Shown here piece after piece: positions 17,344-24,566 of a stretch of 40,561 bases of DNA. The position numbers and the translations under genes are program-made. Location of the stretch: IMG/VR virus record IMGVR_UViG_3300029220_000017, one strand, 5' to 3'. Below the pieces are notes generated by a model. That model worked only from the letters and a program-made list of their open reading frames with translations. It did no database searches and was not told the origin of the DNA. How positions within the stretch are numbered: position 1 is the first letter of the stretch; every line of letters starts with the position of its first letter. This DNA is from a virus.

Positions 17344-17627
17344 AGGTAATTCCTCCCAAATGTTTTGATAAATTCTTCCCTCGTTCCGTTGTTCTCTTCC
17401 CAGTACTTCTGCGCTAGCTCCTTGAGATACCTGTCTAGTGGTCCGTTGGGGTTGCGATGTACTGCCTCGCCGCCGTTGGTATGGTGGTTCAGGCACAAAT
17501 AAACTGTAAAACCATACTTTTCGGCTTGTTTTCTGTTGCTACTGCCATACAAGACGTGATGCCTATGCAGATTTCTAGTCGTTTTGCAGAAGAAGCACTC
17601 TTTTTTTGTTTGTAGTACGCTATTCAT
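17340..17627 (-). CDS. Zn-finger / HNH-motif protein
   Basis: Motif CFFC...LHRHHVLYGSSNRKQAEKYGFTVYLCLNHH. The start ATG 17627 forms an ATGA overlap with the upstream stop. Confidence 0.55.
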   Translation of the reverse strand: MNSVLQTKKECFFCKTTRNLHRHHVLYGSSNRKQAEKYGFTVYLCLNHHTNGGEAVHRNPNGPLDRYLKELAQKYWEENNGTREEFIKTFGRNYL

Positions 17628-18190
17628 TTCTCTTCTTCCTTTCTTGGCTTCCATTTTCCTAGCATTTGTTCCAGTTCTCTTGGTGTTAGCGTTTCAATTC
17701 CTAAGTCTTCTGCTTCCTGTATCGTTCCTTTGATTAGCTCACTCATTTCCCGGCTGTCGTAGGTGTGTGAGCCCCTCATGAGCCTGTAAAACACTACCTC
17801 TTTGCCTTTTTCTAGCCGCCGTCCTATCGCAACTGTGTGAACGTCCTCTTTTTTGTACATGATGTCGGTTGGGACATTGGTTTTTAAAACTGCTATGTCC
17901 CCTTTTATCAGCTCCGGCTGTCCATATCTGCCTATCATCAAATTTTTGGCTTCCGCCTTGCTCGTGCCGACTTTCTCCGCTATTTTGGTGACCAGGACGT
18001 GGAAATAGGCGTTTGCCGACAGGCTTCTTTTCTTGCGGAACGGTTTAATTATTATGGACAACTTTTCCAGCTTTTTCAGTTCGTCCACGCCTTTTATAAA
18101 CCGCTCCGCCTCGTTGATCTCCAGAGTAACTGTTATCTTTTTGCTAAAATAATCCACTGCTAAGTTTTTTATTTTTCCAGTTAAGTCCAT
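17624..18190 (-). CDS. Recombination-module protein (HNHc_6 / NinB-like)
   Basis: 188 aa with KKRSLSANAYFHVLVTKIAEKVG and a C-terminal IETLTPRE motif. Adjacent to ERF. The family name is from memory. Confidence 0.45.
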   Translation of the reverse strand: MDLTGKIKNLAVDYFSKKITVTLEINEAERFIKGVDELKKLEKLSIIIKPFRKKRSLSANAYFHVLVTKIAEKVGTSKAEAKNLMIGRYGQPELIKGDIAVLKTNVPTDIMYKKEDVHTVAIGRRLEKGKEVVFYRLMRGSHTYDSREMSELIKGTIQEAEDLGIETLTPRELEQMLGKWKPRKEEEK

Positions 18191-18191
18191 G

Positions 18192-18761
18192 CTATTTCAG
18201 TCCTAATTCCTTCATGGCTTCGGCATATTGTTGTTGTGTCGTCTGATACAGTGATTTTAAACCTCTTTGACTTGCCCATTCTTTAATCTGGGCTTCCGTC
18301 ATTCCTTTTTTTTGCATCAGATCATAGAGCCGTTTTGCCTCTTTCTCTGTGATAACCTCGTTGCGTTTATATTCGTCTGTATCCGCGTCTTTCGAGTCGT
18401 CCAGAAGAAACAAGCTATTTAAGGCGTATTTTCTCGCATAGCTCGATGCTGAGCCGGTAACTTGTGCTGCATCCATCTTTTTTTTGCTTTCTTCTTCTCT
18501 GGCGTATGCTGTAGTGCAAAAACTGCCCTCACTTTCTATGTCTTTTAAAATTGCTGTCGCCTTTATGTAAAATCGGTTGCCCAGCATAATAACTTCGTCG
18601 TTTACGGCTAATATTAAGCCTTCCCTATCCAATAAAGGCTTTACTGCCTCGTAGATGTCCTCTAAGCTCCTGTAACTATAGCCGCCATAATCACTGTATT
18701 TACTCTTGGGCACCTTTAATTCTGCTTGAATTTTTTGTAACTTTGTGTAAACATCTCCCAT
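18192..18761 (-). CDS. erf: ERF-family single-strand annealing protein
   Basis: Motif KLQKIQAELKVPKSKYSDYGGYSYRSLEDIYEAVKPLL...GSASSYARKYALNSLFLLDD. Confidence 0.8.
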   Translation of the reverse strand: MGDVYTKLQKIQAELKVPKSKYSDYGGYSYRSLEDIYEAVKPLLDREGLILAVNDEVIMLGNRFYIKATAILKDIESEGSFCTTAYAREEESKKKMDAAQVTGSASSYARKYALNSLFLLDDSKDADTDEYKRNEVITEKEAKRLYDLMQKKGMTEAQIKEWASQRGLKSLYQTTQQQYAEAMKELGLK

Positions 18762-18766
18762 TTTTC

Positions 18767-19228
18767 TTACCTCACGATCACACTCTTTGAGGTCTCAAGA
18801 TGTGCCCCTGCAACCTCTTTCCCGGCTTTAATCGCCTTCTTAATCGCTGTCTTGTCCGCCTGTGGCTCTGGAATCCTGATGTATTCCTCTGACAGACTGC
18901 CTAAATCGTCAATAGTCACAGACTCGTTGCTCTTGTAGAATACGCTTACTCTTGCCGTTTTGAGCTTTTCTCCGTCAAGAGCATGGGACAGATAGTCTTT
19001 ACACCTCTGTGCGGCGTTCTCGCAACTTCTGCGGCGTTTCGCAAGCTTTTCTTCCTCCTCTTTGATTGCCTTTGCTTCTGCGGCATAATTCTTTACCGCC
19101 AGCGCGATTCCCTCCACTTTTTTGTCTCTCTCGATGTTGAGAGCCTCAAGTTTTTCGAGGTCAATAATTTCTCCTGTCTCCTCGTCTACACAATCCATAA
19201 TTGTGCTGTCAATCTCGTATAGTGTCAT
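18767..19228 (-). CDS. Siphovirus Gp157-like protein
   Basis: 153 aa: an N-terminal acidic helix, then a coiled coil (NYAAEAKAIKEEEEKLAKRR), then a beta-rich C-terminus. Directly upstream of erf, as is typical. Confidence 0.6.
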   Translation of the reverse strand: MTLYEIDSTIMDCVDEETGEIIDLEKLEALNIERDKKVEGIALAVKNYAAEAKAIKEEEEKLAKRRRSCENAAQRCKDYLSHALDGEKLKTARVSVFYKSNESVTIDDLGSLSEEYIRIPEPQADKTAIKKAIKAGKEVAGAHLETSKSVIVR

Positions 19229-19377
19229 TGCTCTAATTCCTCCTCATATCTCTCGTATTCGTTGTAGCTCGCCGCGCCTCGTTTGATTGCTTTGTGTGCT
19301 GTTCTACACTCATATTCCGCCTCAAGGTGCTGTCTTTTTAGGTATTCCCTGACTGGGTCAACGTACCGCTCCGCCAT
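19225..19377 (-). CDS. Hypothetical small protein (50 aa from ATG 19377)
   Basis: ATG 19377 is preceded by GAGGAG. The ORF-track start at 19413 is TTG. Confidence 0.4.
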   Translation of the reverse strand: MAERYVDPVREYLKRQHLEAEYECRTAHKAIKRGAASYNEYERYEEELEQ

Positions 19378-19639
19378 ATTTCTCCTCGCTTTCTTCTCCC
19401 CATGCCGTTTCAATGCTTTTGCTCAATTCGTTGTAGCCGCGGGCAAAAGCTTCAATTTCTTTCATCCGCAAAACGCCTGTTTTTTGTACCTTGTCTTTAA
19501 ATAGCTCTAAAATAGCTCTTGCAATCGCCTTGTCCTCGACTGTGATTACAACACTTGCAGGAATCACACCTTTTTTCTCTAAGACGTCCTCATACTCTCT
19601 TTTCGCAAAGCCGTTTACGCTAATCATTGTGTTATTCAT
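19358..19639 (-). CDS. Hypothetical protein (93 aa)
   Basis: An ORF in the operon orientation that overlaps its neighbours by a few codons. No recognisable motif. Confidence 0.5.
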   Translation of the reverse strand: MNNTMISVNGFAKREYEDVLEKKGVIPASVVITVEDKAIARAILELFKDKVQKTGVLRMKEIEAFARGYNELSKSIETAWGEESEEKYGGAVR

Positions 19640-20306
19640 AACCCAATCTCTCCTTCTTTTCTGCTATCCAATCCCCCAACGCTCCACTACATTGTTCCGG
19701 GGGATAATTTTTATTATCCTGCTCTAACCGCCCAACTATTTCTCCCAGTGTGGGTAGTTCCGGCACTGTTTCTTTTCGCTCTATCGCCCCCGCCGCCCGT
19801 ATCATCTCTTGGAGCTTCGGCGGGTACTTGTCTATCTCCTTTTGTGCTTCTAGCGACGCTCTGTAGCTTCTGAGAAAGTTTGACTGCACGACTGTCTGCA
19901 TGGTCGCCATATCAACTTGACTCCAATTACGGAGCGTTTCCGGCGTTCCTACCGCCTTCTGCAAAACCTTCGGGAGTCTGTCAAAGTTTTTCTGGTAGCT
20001 GTATCCGCCTTCTATCCACTCGCCATTTGTACACGCCTTTGCCACTGTTGCCCACGCTTCCTGCTCGCTCAGGTAGCTGCTTTCTGCCTTGAGCTTGCTG
20101 GCACACTCCAAAATATCTGCTGGTGTCGGTGGAAACTTGCCGGTTGTCATGTACATCTGTGCCGCCACGCTTATCGTCTGATAGTCGTTGTTCTTACCTA
20201 CTAAGCGGTACCACATGTCTAACGCCTGTTCGTTGGGAACAAATCCCGGAGCCGTGTAAACGGTCTTTAATGCGGCTACAATTTTAGAAAACTCCGAAAT
20301 CGTCAT
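19632..20306 (-). CDS. G39P-like replicative helicase loader
   Basis: The N-terminal pattern F..IVAALKTVY......P.....DMWY..L.......I..A...Y...GKFPPTPADIL resembles the SPP1 G39P loader family. Directly downstream of the replisome organiser. Confidence 0.55.
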   Translation of the reverse strand: MTISEFSKIVAALKTVYTAPGFVPNEQALDMWYRLVGKNNDYQTISVAAQMYMTTGKFPPTPADILECASKLKAESSYLSEQEAWATVAKACTNGEWIEGGYSYQKNFDRLPKVLQKAVGTPETLRNWSQVDMATMQTVVQSNFLRSYRASLEAQKEIDKYPPKLQEMIRAAGAIERKETVPELPTLGEIVGRLEQDNKNYPPEQCSGALGDWIAEKKERLGYE

Positions 20307-21090
20307 ACATTCCGCCTCCCTCCTGTTCTTTCTGTGCTGCCCAGTGCTGTATATCTCCGTACAGTCGGTCGTTAATGTTCTTCGTGCTGTCGTTACCTGT
20401 TTTCAGCTCAAAGAATCCTAACCACTCCTTGTCCAATGACTGGTCTATGATTTTTTTCATCATTCCCAAATCTCCGCCGGACAGCTCGTGTAATTTTTTG
20501 AGTAAAGCTTTCAAAGCTCTGTCTGTCCTTACTGGCTTTCTGATTTTTTTACGCATGGCAAGGAATTCCAAAAACTTGCAGTTAAGTTCTTCGTCCTCGA
20601 AATACTGTTCTGGCTCCTTCGTGCGCACACTCTCTTTTATTCCTTTAGTACTTGATTCCTTAAGTATTTTATTATTTAAGTATTTTATTCCTTTAGTATT
20701 TAATTGCGTTGGATTTTCCTGTATGGGTTTTTCCTGTGTTGGTTTTTCCAATATAGGCTTTTCCTCTTTAGGTTCTTCCAATACAGGTTTTTCCTGTGTT
20801 GGCTTTTCGTAAATGTCGTAAACTGTACCGCTTACCTGTCCTTTTTCGTTTCTCTCACGAGTCACTCTCAGGTATCCGAATGTTTTTAACTCTTCTAATG
20901 CGGCTCTTACGCCGTCTACGCCGTCTTTATTTAGGTTTGCCAGACCTTTGACTGTAAAGTCCCAGTCTTCTGGCAAACTAAGCATAAGACTCAGTAAGCC
21001 TTTTGCTTTTAAAGACATACCCTTTTCTCTAAAATGATAATTCGACATAACGGTGTAGTCTGTCGTTTTATTTATTCTCATTATTGCCAT
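20284..21090 (-). CDS. Replication initiator / replisome organiser with an internal repeat array
   Basis: N-terminal winged-helix-like YTVMSNYHFREKGMSLKAKGLLSLMLSLPEDWDF, a central EKPxxE tandem repeat, and a C-terminal DnaD-like helical region. Confidence 0.65.
   Translation of the reverse strand: MAIMRINKTTDYTVMSNYHFREKGMSLKAKGLLSLMLSLPEDWDFTVKGLANLNKDGVDGVRAALEELKTFGYLRVTRERNEKGQVSGTVYDIYEKPTQEKPVLEEPKEEKPILEKPTQEKPIQENPTQLNTKGIKYLNNKILKESSTKGIKESVRTKEPEQYFEDEELNCKFLEFLAMRKKIRKPVRTDRALKALLKKLHELSGGDLGMMKKIIDQSLDKEWLGFFELKTGNDSTKNINDRLYGDIQHWAAQKEQEGGGMYDDFGVF
20640..20815. repeat. Iteron-like direct repeats plus an AT-rich tract inside the organiser gene (candidate ori)
   Basis: GGTTTTTCCTGTGTTGG occurs twice (20726-42 and 20787-803). 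TTCCAATA(T/C)AGG(C/T)TTTTCC occurs twice. The adjacent AT-rich tract contains duplicated TAAGTATTTTATT and TTCCTTTAGTA. Confidence 0.6.
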
Positions 21091-21161
21091 ACGTCTACCT
21101 CCTATCTTGACAAATTGCCAAGTCTTTTGTAAAATCTAGTTATGTTTTATTTGGCAAGAGC

Positions 21162-21308
21162 TTAATGGTAGGGCTCTTCCTTTTTTACCTCGTGTTCTAC
21201 ATCGTCTTTATCCGTGTAGAACACTTTGTCATACTCTACACCTTGTTGTCGTCCTAAGAGGGTGTAGAGTAATCTAATAACATACTCTTTTCTTGGAGGC
21301 TCGTTCAT
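21162..21308 (-). CDS. Small ORF (48 aa)
   Basis: MNEPPRKEYVIRLLYTLLGRQQGVEYDKVFYTDKDDVEHEVKKEEPYH. It follows the 47-aa ORF after 4 nt. Below the ORF-track cut-off. Confidence 0.3.
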   Translation of the reverse strand: MNEPPRKEYVIRLLYTLLGRQQGVEYDKVFYTDKDDVEHEVKKEEPYH

Positions 21309-21312
21309 TTTT

Positions 21313-21456
21313 TTATTCACCCCCTAACATCACGAAGAAATTATAATTGCTATAATCTTTTCCGGCGGTATGTGTTACCACACCAACCCAACTGGACGAG
21401 ATCCAGATAATTAATGCTACTGACACGATGGTCAGTAAATTGTACATAACCCTCAT
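21313..21456 (-). CDS. Small membrane ORF (47 aa)
   Basis: A GGAGG site lies 7 nt before the ATG. MRVMYNLLTIVSVALIIWISSSWVGVV... contains one hydrophobic helix. Confidence 0.4.
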   Translation of the reverse strand: MRVMYNLLTIVSVALIIWISSSWVGVVTHTAGKDYSNYNFFVMLGGE

Positions 21457-21467
21457 TTTTTTACCTC

Positions 21468-22175
21468 CTATACCTCAAATCTCTGTTGACGGTTATACTC
21501 GTCAATCTTTAACTTTGTGTTTGTTTTCGGTTCCCAGTTGTCTACATAGTCAATAGCTTCCTCATACCGTTTGCGAGGGATATTGTTCCGGCTGTTGACT
21601 TTAAATCTGTCTTGCAAGTCCCTGTTGCACTCTGCGAATACAACTTTGCTGATATATGCATATGCTTCTGTGTCCTTGCCGCCTAACGCGTTTAAAACAG
21701 CTTTATTGACGTGCTGTCGCAAGGTTTGCTGTTGACCGTAGTCAATCACCATATTACTCTCAAGGTTTTTTATACGGTCTTCGTGGTCTCCGTAGCCTGT
21801 GGCGAGTAAACCTATCTGCTCTGCTATTGTTGCAGGCTTCTGATAACCACCTGTCTTTCTGATGGACGGGAGAACTTCATCTGTTACCCAATCACTAAAT
21901 CGTTCCGCTTCTGGTTTATGGCTTCTGAAAATTAACTTGTAAACGCCGCTTTCAGTTAGAAAATTCTCGCCTGTATTGTGCAATTTCCTAAAGTGCATAT
22001 CATGCACTTTAGAATTCGTAAGCTTTACAAGCTGTTTGTCATTGAAATTTCTCGTGCTACTTTTAACATCTGCAATTCCTAAAATTTCCGCTACATGCTT
22101 AGGATTAAAAAGTACTTGTCCATCAAATTCAAACACTTCCATGCCGTGTCCTTCAAAAATCATTAAATTTTCCAT
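21468..22175 (-). CDS. ant: Antirepressor (BRO-N domain plus ORF6C-type C-terminal domain)
   Basis: BRO-N motifs FEGHGMEVFEFDGQVLFNPKHVAEILG...TESGVYKLIFRSHKPEAERFSDWVTDEVLPSIRKTG. Helical C-terminal domain. Confidence 0.85.
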   Translation of the reverse strand: MENLMIFEGHGMEVFEFDGQVLFNPKHVAEILGIADVKSSTRNFNDKQLVKLTNSKVHDMHFRKLHNTGENFLTESGVYKLIFRSHKPEAERFSDWVTDEVLPSIRKTGGYQKPATIAEQIGLLATGYGDHEDRIKNLESNMVIDYGQQQTLRQHVNKAVLNALGGKDTEAYAYISKVVFAECNRDLQDRFKVNSRNNIPRKRYEEAIDYVDNWEPKTNTKLKIDEYNRQQRFEV

Positions 22176-22199
22176 CTAGTCACCTTCCTTTTCTTGAAA

Positions 22200-22216
22200 G
22201 TTTAACATCGTTTAAC
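22200..22216. promoter_or_regulatory. Operator-like GTTTAAC pair between the cro-like gene and ant
   Basis: GTTTAAC at 22200 and 22210, 10 bp apart. The phasing and sequence match the pairs in the cI/cro intergenic region. Confidence 0.55.
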
Positions 22217-22218
22217 TT

Positions 22219-22425
22219 TTAGGTGAAAAAAAATTCGCCATATTCTTCTAATGGAATGTGAAGAAGGTTTCCCCATTCAACCATATCATTTTGAGAAAAA
22301 CCAACTTTTCCATTCATTTTTCTAGATACGGAAACATTACTTTTTTTCAAGGTTTCCGCAAATTTTTCCTGCGAGCCAAACTTCTCAACAATTCGCCCTC
22401 TTAATTTATTATATTTATATGGCAT
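22219..22425 (-). CDS. Cro-like HTH regulator (DUF739-like)
   Basis: 68 aa, divergent from the repressor gene. HTH QEKFAETLKKSNVSVSRKMNG. Confidence 0.65.
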   Translation of the reverse strand: MPYKYNKLRGRIVEKFGSQEKFAETLKKSNVSVSRKMNGKVGFSQNDMVEWGNLLHIPLEEYGEFFFT

Positions 22426-22444
22426 CTTTTAACCCTCCCTTCTT

Positions 22445-22547
22445 TTGTTGACATTTATAGTTTAACACCGTTTAACCAAAATGTCAACAAAAAAGTTTAA
22501 AATCATTTAACTTTTCTGTTGAAAGTTAAACCTTGTTATGTTATCAT
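22445..22547. promoter_or_regulatory. Divergent cI/cro switch region: promoters plus GTTTAAC operators
   Basis: Perfect 12-bp inverted repeat TTGTTGACATTT / AAATGTCAACAA at 22445-56 and 22479-90. Heptamer pairs at 22460/22470 and 22495/22505, plus an inverted copy at 22525. Plus-strand promoter: TTGAAA (22519), 17 nt, TATCAT (22542). Minus-strand promoter: TTGACA (22487-82), 17 nt, TAAACT (22464-59). Confidence 0.65.
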
Positions 22548-22575
22548 TAATATGTAGAAAGGAGGAAGAAATTTT

Positions 22576-22923
22576 GTGAAACACGAGGTTACCGCAAAAA
22601 GAATACGAGAAGCATTGTCCGACGCTAAATTGAAACCGCAAGAACTAGCAGAAAAATCTAAAGTTAGTAAATCGTCAATCAGCCAGTATGTGAATGGTTC
22701 ACATCAACCGTCTAACATAAGTAGTGGCAAGATGGCGAAAGTATTAGGTGTTGAGCCTATGTGGCTTATGGGTTTTGATGTACCAAAGAAAAAGGTATTA
22801 ACTCCCGAAGCAGCAAAAGATGATTTTAGATTCTTAGAAAAATTTTCTCTCTTAGAAGAAAGGGATAAGAAAATTGTTATGGATATGATTGAGTCAATGC
22901 TTTCAAGGAAAACAGAGAAGTAG
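22576..22923 (+). CDS. CI-like XRE-family repressor lacking a peptidase S24 domain
   Basis: HTH LKPQELAEKSKVSKSSISQYVNG followed by LGVEPMWLMGFD. Only 115 aa, so there is no autocleavage domain. GTG start after AAAGGAGG. Confidence 0.8.
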   Translation: MKHEVTAKRIREALSDAKLKPQELAEKSKVSKSSISQYVNGSHQPSNISSGKMAKVLGVEPMWLMGFDVPKKKVLTPEAAKDDFRFLEKFSLLEERDKKIVMDMIESMLSRKTEK

Positions 22924-22924
22924 G

Positions 22925-23038
22925 TCATCCCCACTTCTCCGCAAAAAGTTTTATAAAAGTATGCAGGTAAGCTAATGCGCCTGCATCTTTTATTTTGTCT
23001 AACAATGCTATTATTTCCTCTCTGTATTCTTCTCCCAT
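22925..23038 (-). CDS. Small ORF (37 aa) convergent with the repressor gene
   Basis: GAAAGGAG lies 5 nt before the ATG. MGEEYREEIIALLDKIKDAGALAYLHTFIKLFAEKWG. It contains the repressor's terminator hairpin (ATGCAGG...CCTGCAT, 22960-22985), which lowers confidence. Confidence 0.35.
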   Translation of the reverse strand: MGEEYREEIIALLDKIKDAGALAYLHTFIKLFAEKWG

Positions 23039-23072
23039 TGTTACTCCTTTCAATATAAGCGTCATGTTTTAT

Positions 23073-23101
23073 ATTATAGAAAATTTGTTCTAACTTATCA
23101 A
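23073..23101 (-). promoter_or_regulatory. Near-consensus sigma-A promoter with a LexA(Cheo)-like box in its spacer
   Basis: Minus strand: TTGATA (23101-096), 17 nt, TATAAT (23078-073). The spacer contains GAACAAATTTTC (23090-079), which matches GAAC-N4-GTTC at 7 of 8 positions. Confidence 0.6.
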
Positions 23102-23167
23102 GAGTCTTTACTATAATATTTTTTATGTTTTCGTTAAAAGAAATATGCAGATTTATTTATATTTATA

Positions 23168-23196
23168 CTGACAAATCATTTTATTTATTGTATAAT
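23168..23196 (+). promoter_or_regulatory. Promoter of the Zn-ribbon/DUF4352 moron
   Basis: CTGACA, 17 nt, TATAAT, located about 65 nt upstream of ATG 23263. Confidence 0.6.
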
Positions 23197-23262
23197 TTAT
23201 TTACAACAAACCATTTTACTAATATTTGCAATATGGTAATAATAAAAAAAGGAGAAGAAAAT

Positions 23263-23901
23263 ATGAGCAAGGAAAAAACTAAAGTTTGTAAGTACTGCAA
23301 AGAGGAAATTGACGCAAAAGCTAAAGTGTGTCCTCATTGCCAGAAGAAACAGGGTGGCAAGTTGAAATGGGTGATTATCATTATCATCGTTCTGGCTGTT
23401 TTAGGCATGGCAATGGGTGGTGGTGACGATGACAGTTCTTCCACTGATTCTTCAAAGAGTACCGCCGCAACAACAGCGGCTAAGAAAGAAACTGCCAAAA
23501 AGGAAGAAACAAAAGAGAAAGACAGCGTAAAGGTTGGCGAATCTTTTGAGAATGACGGTTTAAAAGTAACCGCTAAAAAAGCCGAATTTGGATATGATGC
23601 CGGAGAGTACTTTACTCCAAAAGATGGATGTGAATATGTAGCTGTAGACTTTACTTGTGAAAATATCGCAGAAAAAGGCGACAAATATGTATCTGTATCT
23701 GATTGCGAATGCTATGCAGATAATTCAGCTTGCGAACAGCAATACATAGGAAACAGTGATTTTGTCAACACTAATTTGTCTCCAGGAAAGAACGTAAGCT
23801 TTACAGCATATTACGAAGTGCCAAAAGATGCAAAGAAAGTGATTTTAGAATATAGCGCTTCGTTCTGGACAGACAAGAAGATAACTATTAATTTAAAATA
23901 A
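23263..23901 (+). CDS. Membrane-anchored Zn-ribbon / DUF4352-like protein (moron)
   Basis: The start ATG 23263 follows GGAGAAG. CKYCKEEIDAKAKVCPHC is a zinc ribbon. Next come a TM helix (WVIIIIIVLAVLGMAM), a Ser/Thr/Lys linker and an Ig-like DUF4352-type domain (GLKVTA....GCEYVAVDFTCENI....NVSFTAYYEVPKDAKK). Confidence 0.75.
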   Translation: MSKEKTKVCKYCKEEIDAKAKVCPHCQKKQGGKLKWVIIIIIVLAVLGMAMGGGDDDSSSTDSSKSTAATTAAKKETAKKEETKEKDSVKVGESFENDGLKVTAKKAEFGYDAGEYFTPKDGCEYVAVDFTCENIAEKGDKYVSVSDCECYADNSACEQQYIGNSDFVNTNLSPGKNVSFTAYYEVPKDAKKVILEYSASFWTDKKITINLK

Positions 23902-23926
23902 TTAGTCTGCTAATAGGATGACTAGC

Positions 23927-23960
23927 AAGAAGGAAGAATCAATTCTTCCTTCTTTTTCTT
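23927..23960 (+). terminator. Intrinsic terminator of the moron
   Basis: Perfect 12-bp stem AAGAAGGAAGAA, tcaa loop, TTCTTCCTTCTT, followed by TTTCTT. Confidence 0.85.
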
Positions 23961-23987
23961 GACTTTTTTGAAATCGCTTGTTATAAT
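23959..23987 (+). promoter_or_regulatory. Near-consensus orphan promoter
   Basis: TTGACT, 17 nt, TATAAT. No ORF with a ribosome binding site lies downstream before the terminator. Confidence 0.65.
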
Positions 23988-23993
23988 ATATAT

Positions 23994-24082
23994 GTCTGCA
24001 TATTGTATATGCGTGTGAGTAGAAATTATTTTGTTGACTATTAAGTCAATAGAAAAGGAGGCTGTTTTCAGCCTCTTTTTTC
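23994..24082 (+). ncRNA. Candidate ~90-nt sRNA
   Basis: Bounded by the promoter at 23959-87 and the terminator GAGGCTG, tttt, CAGCCTC plus TTTTTT (24058-82). Internal hairpins GCATAT-tgt-ATATGC and TTGACT-atta-AGTCAA. Its 3' end is complementary to the 3' end of the convergent 160-aa gene mRNA. Confidence 0.45.
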
Positions 24083-24550
24083 TGTGTCTAATAGCATCTT
24101 TAAATAATCTTCTCCCACATCCTCATGCGGCATTTCCCACAATTTTTCTGCCGTGTATCCTAGTTTGTGTAATTCATGCACTCTTTGTTTGTTTTCTGTT
24201 TCCTCGTCGTTGCAAGCGTACAGGAAATCATACAAATCAGGAAATTGTTTTCGCAGGGCAGCGTGAGTGTTTTTTTCTACCATGTCCGTTATCTTTCTTA
24301 CTTCGGTTTTTCTGTCAGAAACTAACGCTTCGTGAATTTTTGACAGTGCCCATGAATCTACTTCATCATGTTTTCCTTTCATCCAAAGTTTAGCCCGTCT
24401 TTCTCGCAAATCCAGCGCGAGTGATACAAAGAAAGCTTGTTCTGTTTTCTCTTTGAGTTCACAAAAGTCCTCTTTTGCAGTTCCTGTAGATTCATTTTTC
24501 TTCAAAAAATCCAACATTTCTTTTTTTGCTCTTTCTGCTTCTTTCATCAT
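24068..24550 (-). CDS. Hypothetical helical protein (160 aa)
   Basis: An ORF with an AAGGAGGAG ribosome binding site. Second gene of a two-gene minus-strand operon inside the otherwise plus-strand lysogeny region. No recognisable motif. Confidence 0.6.
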   Translation of the reverse strand: MMKEAERAKKEMLDFLKKNESTGTAKEDFCELKEKTEQAFFVSLALDLRERRAKLWMKGKHDEVDSWALSKIHEALVSDRKTEVRKITDMVEKNTHAALRKQFPDLYDFLYACNDEETENKQRVHELHKLGYTAEKLWEMPHEDVGEDYLKMLLDTEKRG

Positions 24551-24566
24551 TTTTTTCTCCTCCTTA

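Noticed and set aside
17002-17496. 164-aa version of the DUF1064 ORF, with an Arg/Gln-rich N-terminus overlapping the Zn-finger gene by 157 nt
   Set aside because: The DUF1064 signature starts at GTG 17343, which has a GGGAGGA ribosome binding site and a GTGA overlap with the upstream stop. The upstream part has no coding-like features.
20700-20815. Short tandem repeats that might suggest a CRISPR array
   Set aside because: The repeats are about 18 bp, imperfect and contiguous without unique spacers. They lie in frame inside a coding region and encode EKPxxE peptide repeats.
24031-24393. 120-aa plus-strand ORF antisense to the 160-aa gene
   Set aside because: It has a TTG start and no ribosome binding site. 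It runs straight through a bidirectional terminator and has hydrophobic antisense-type composition.
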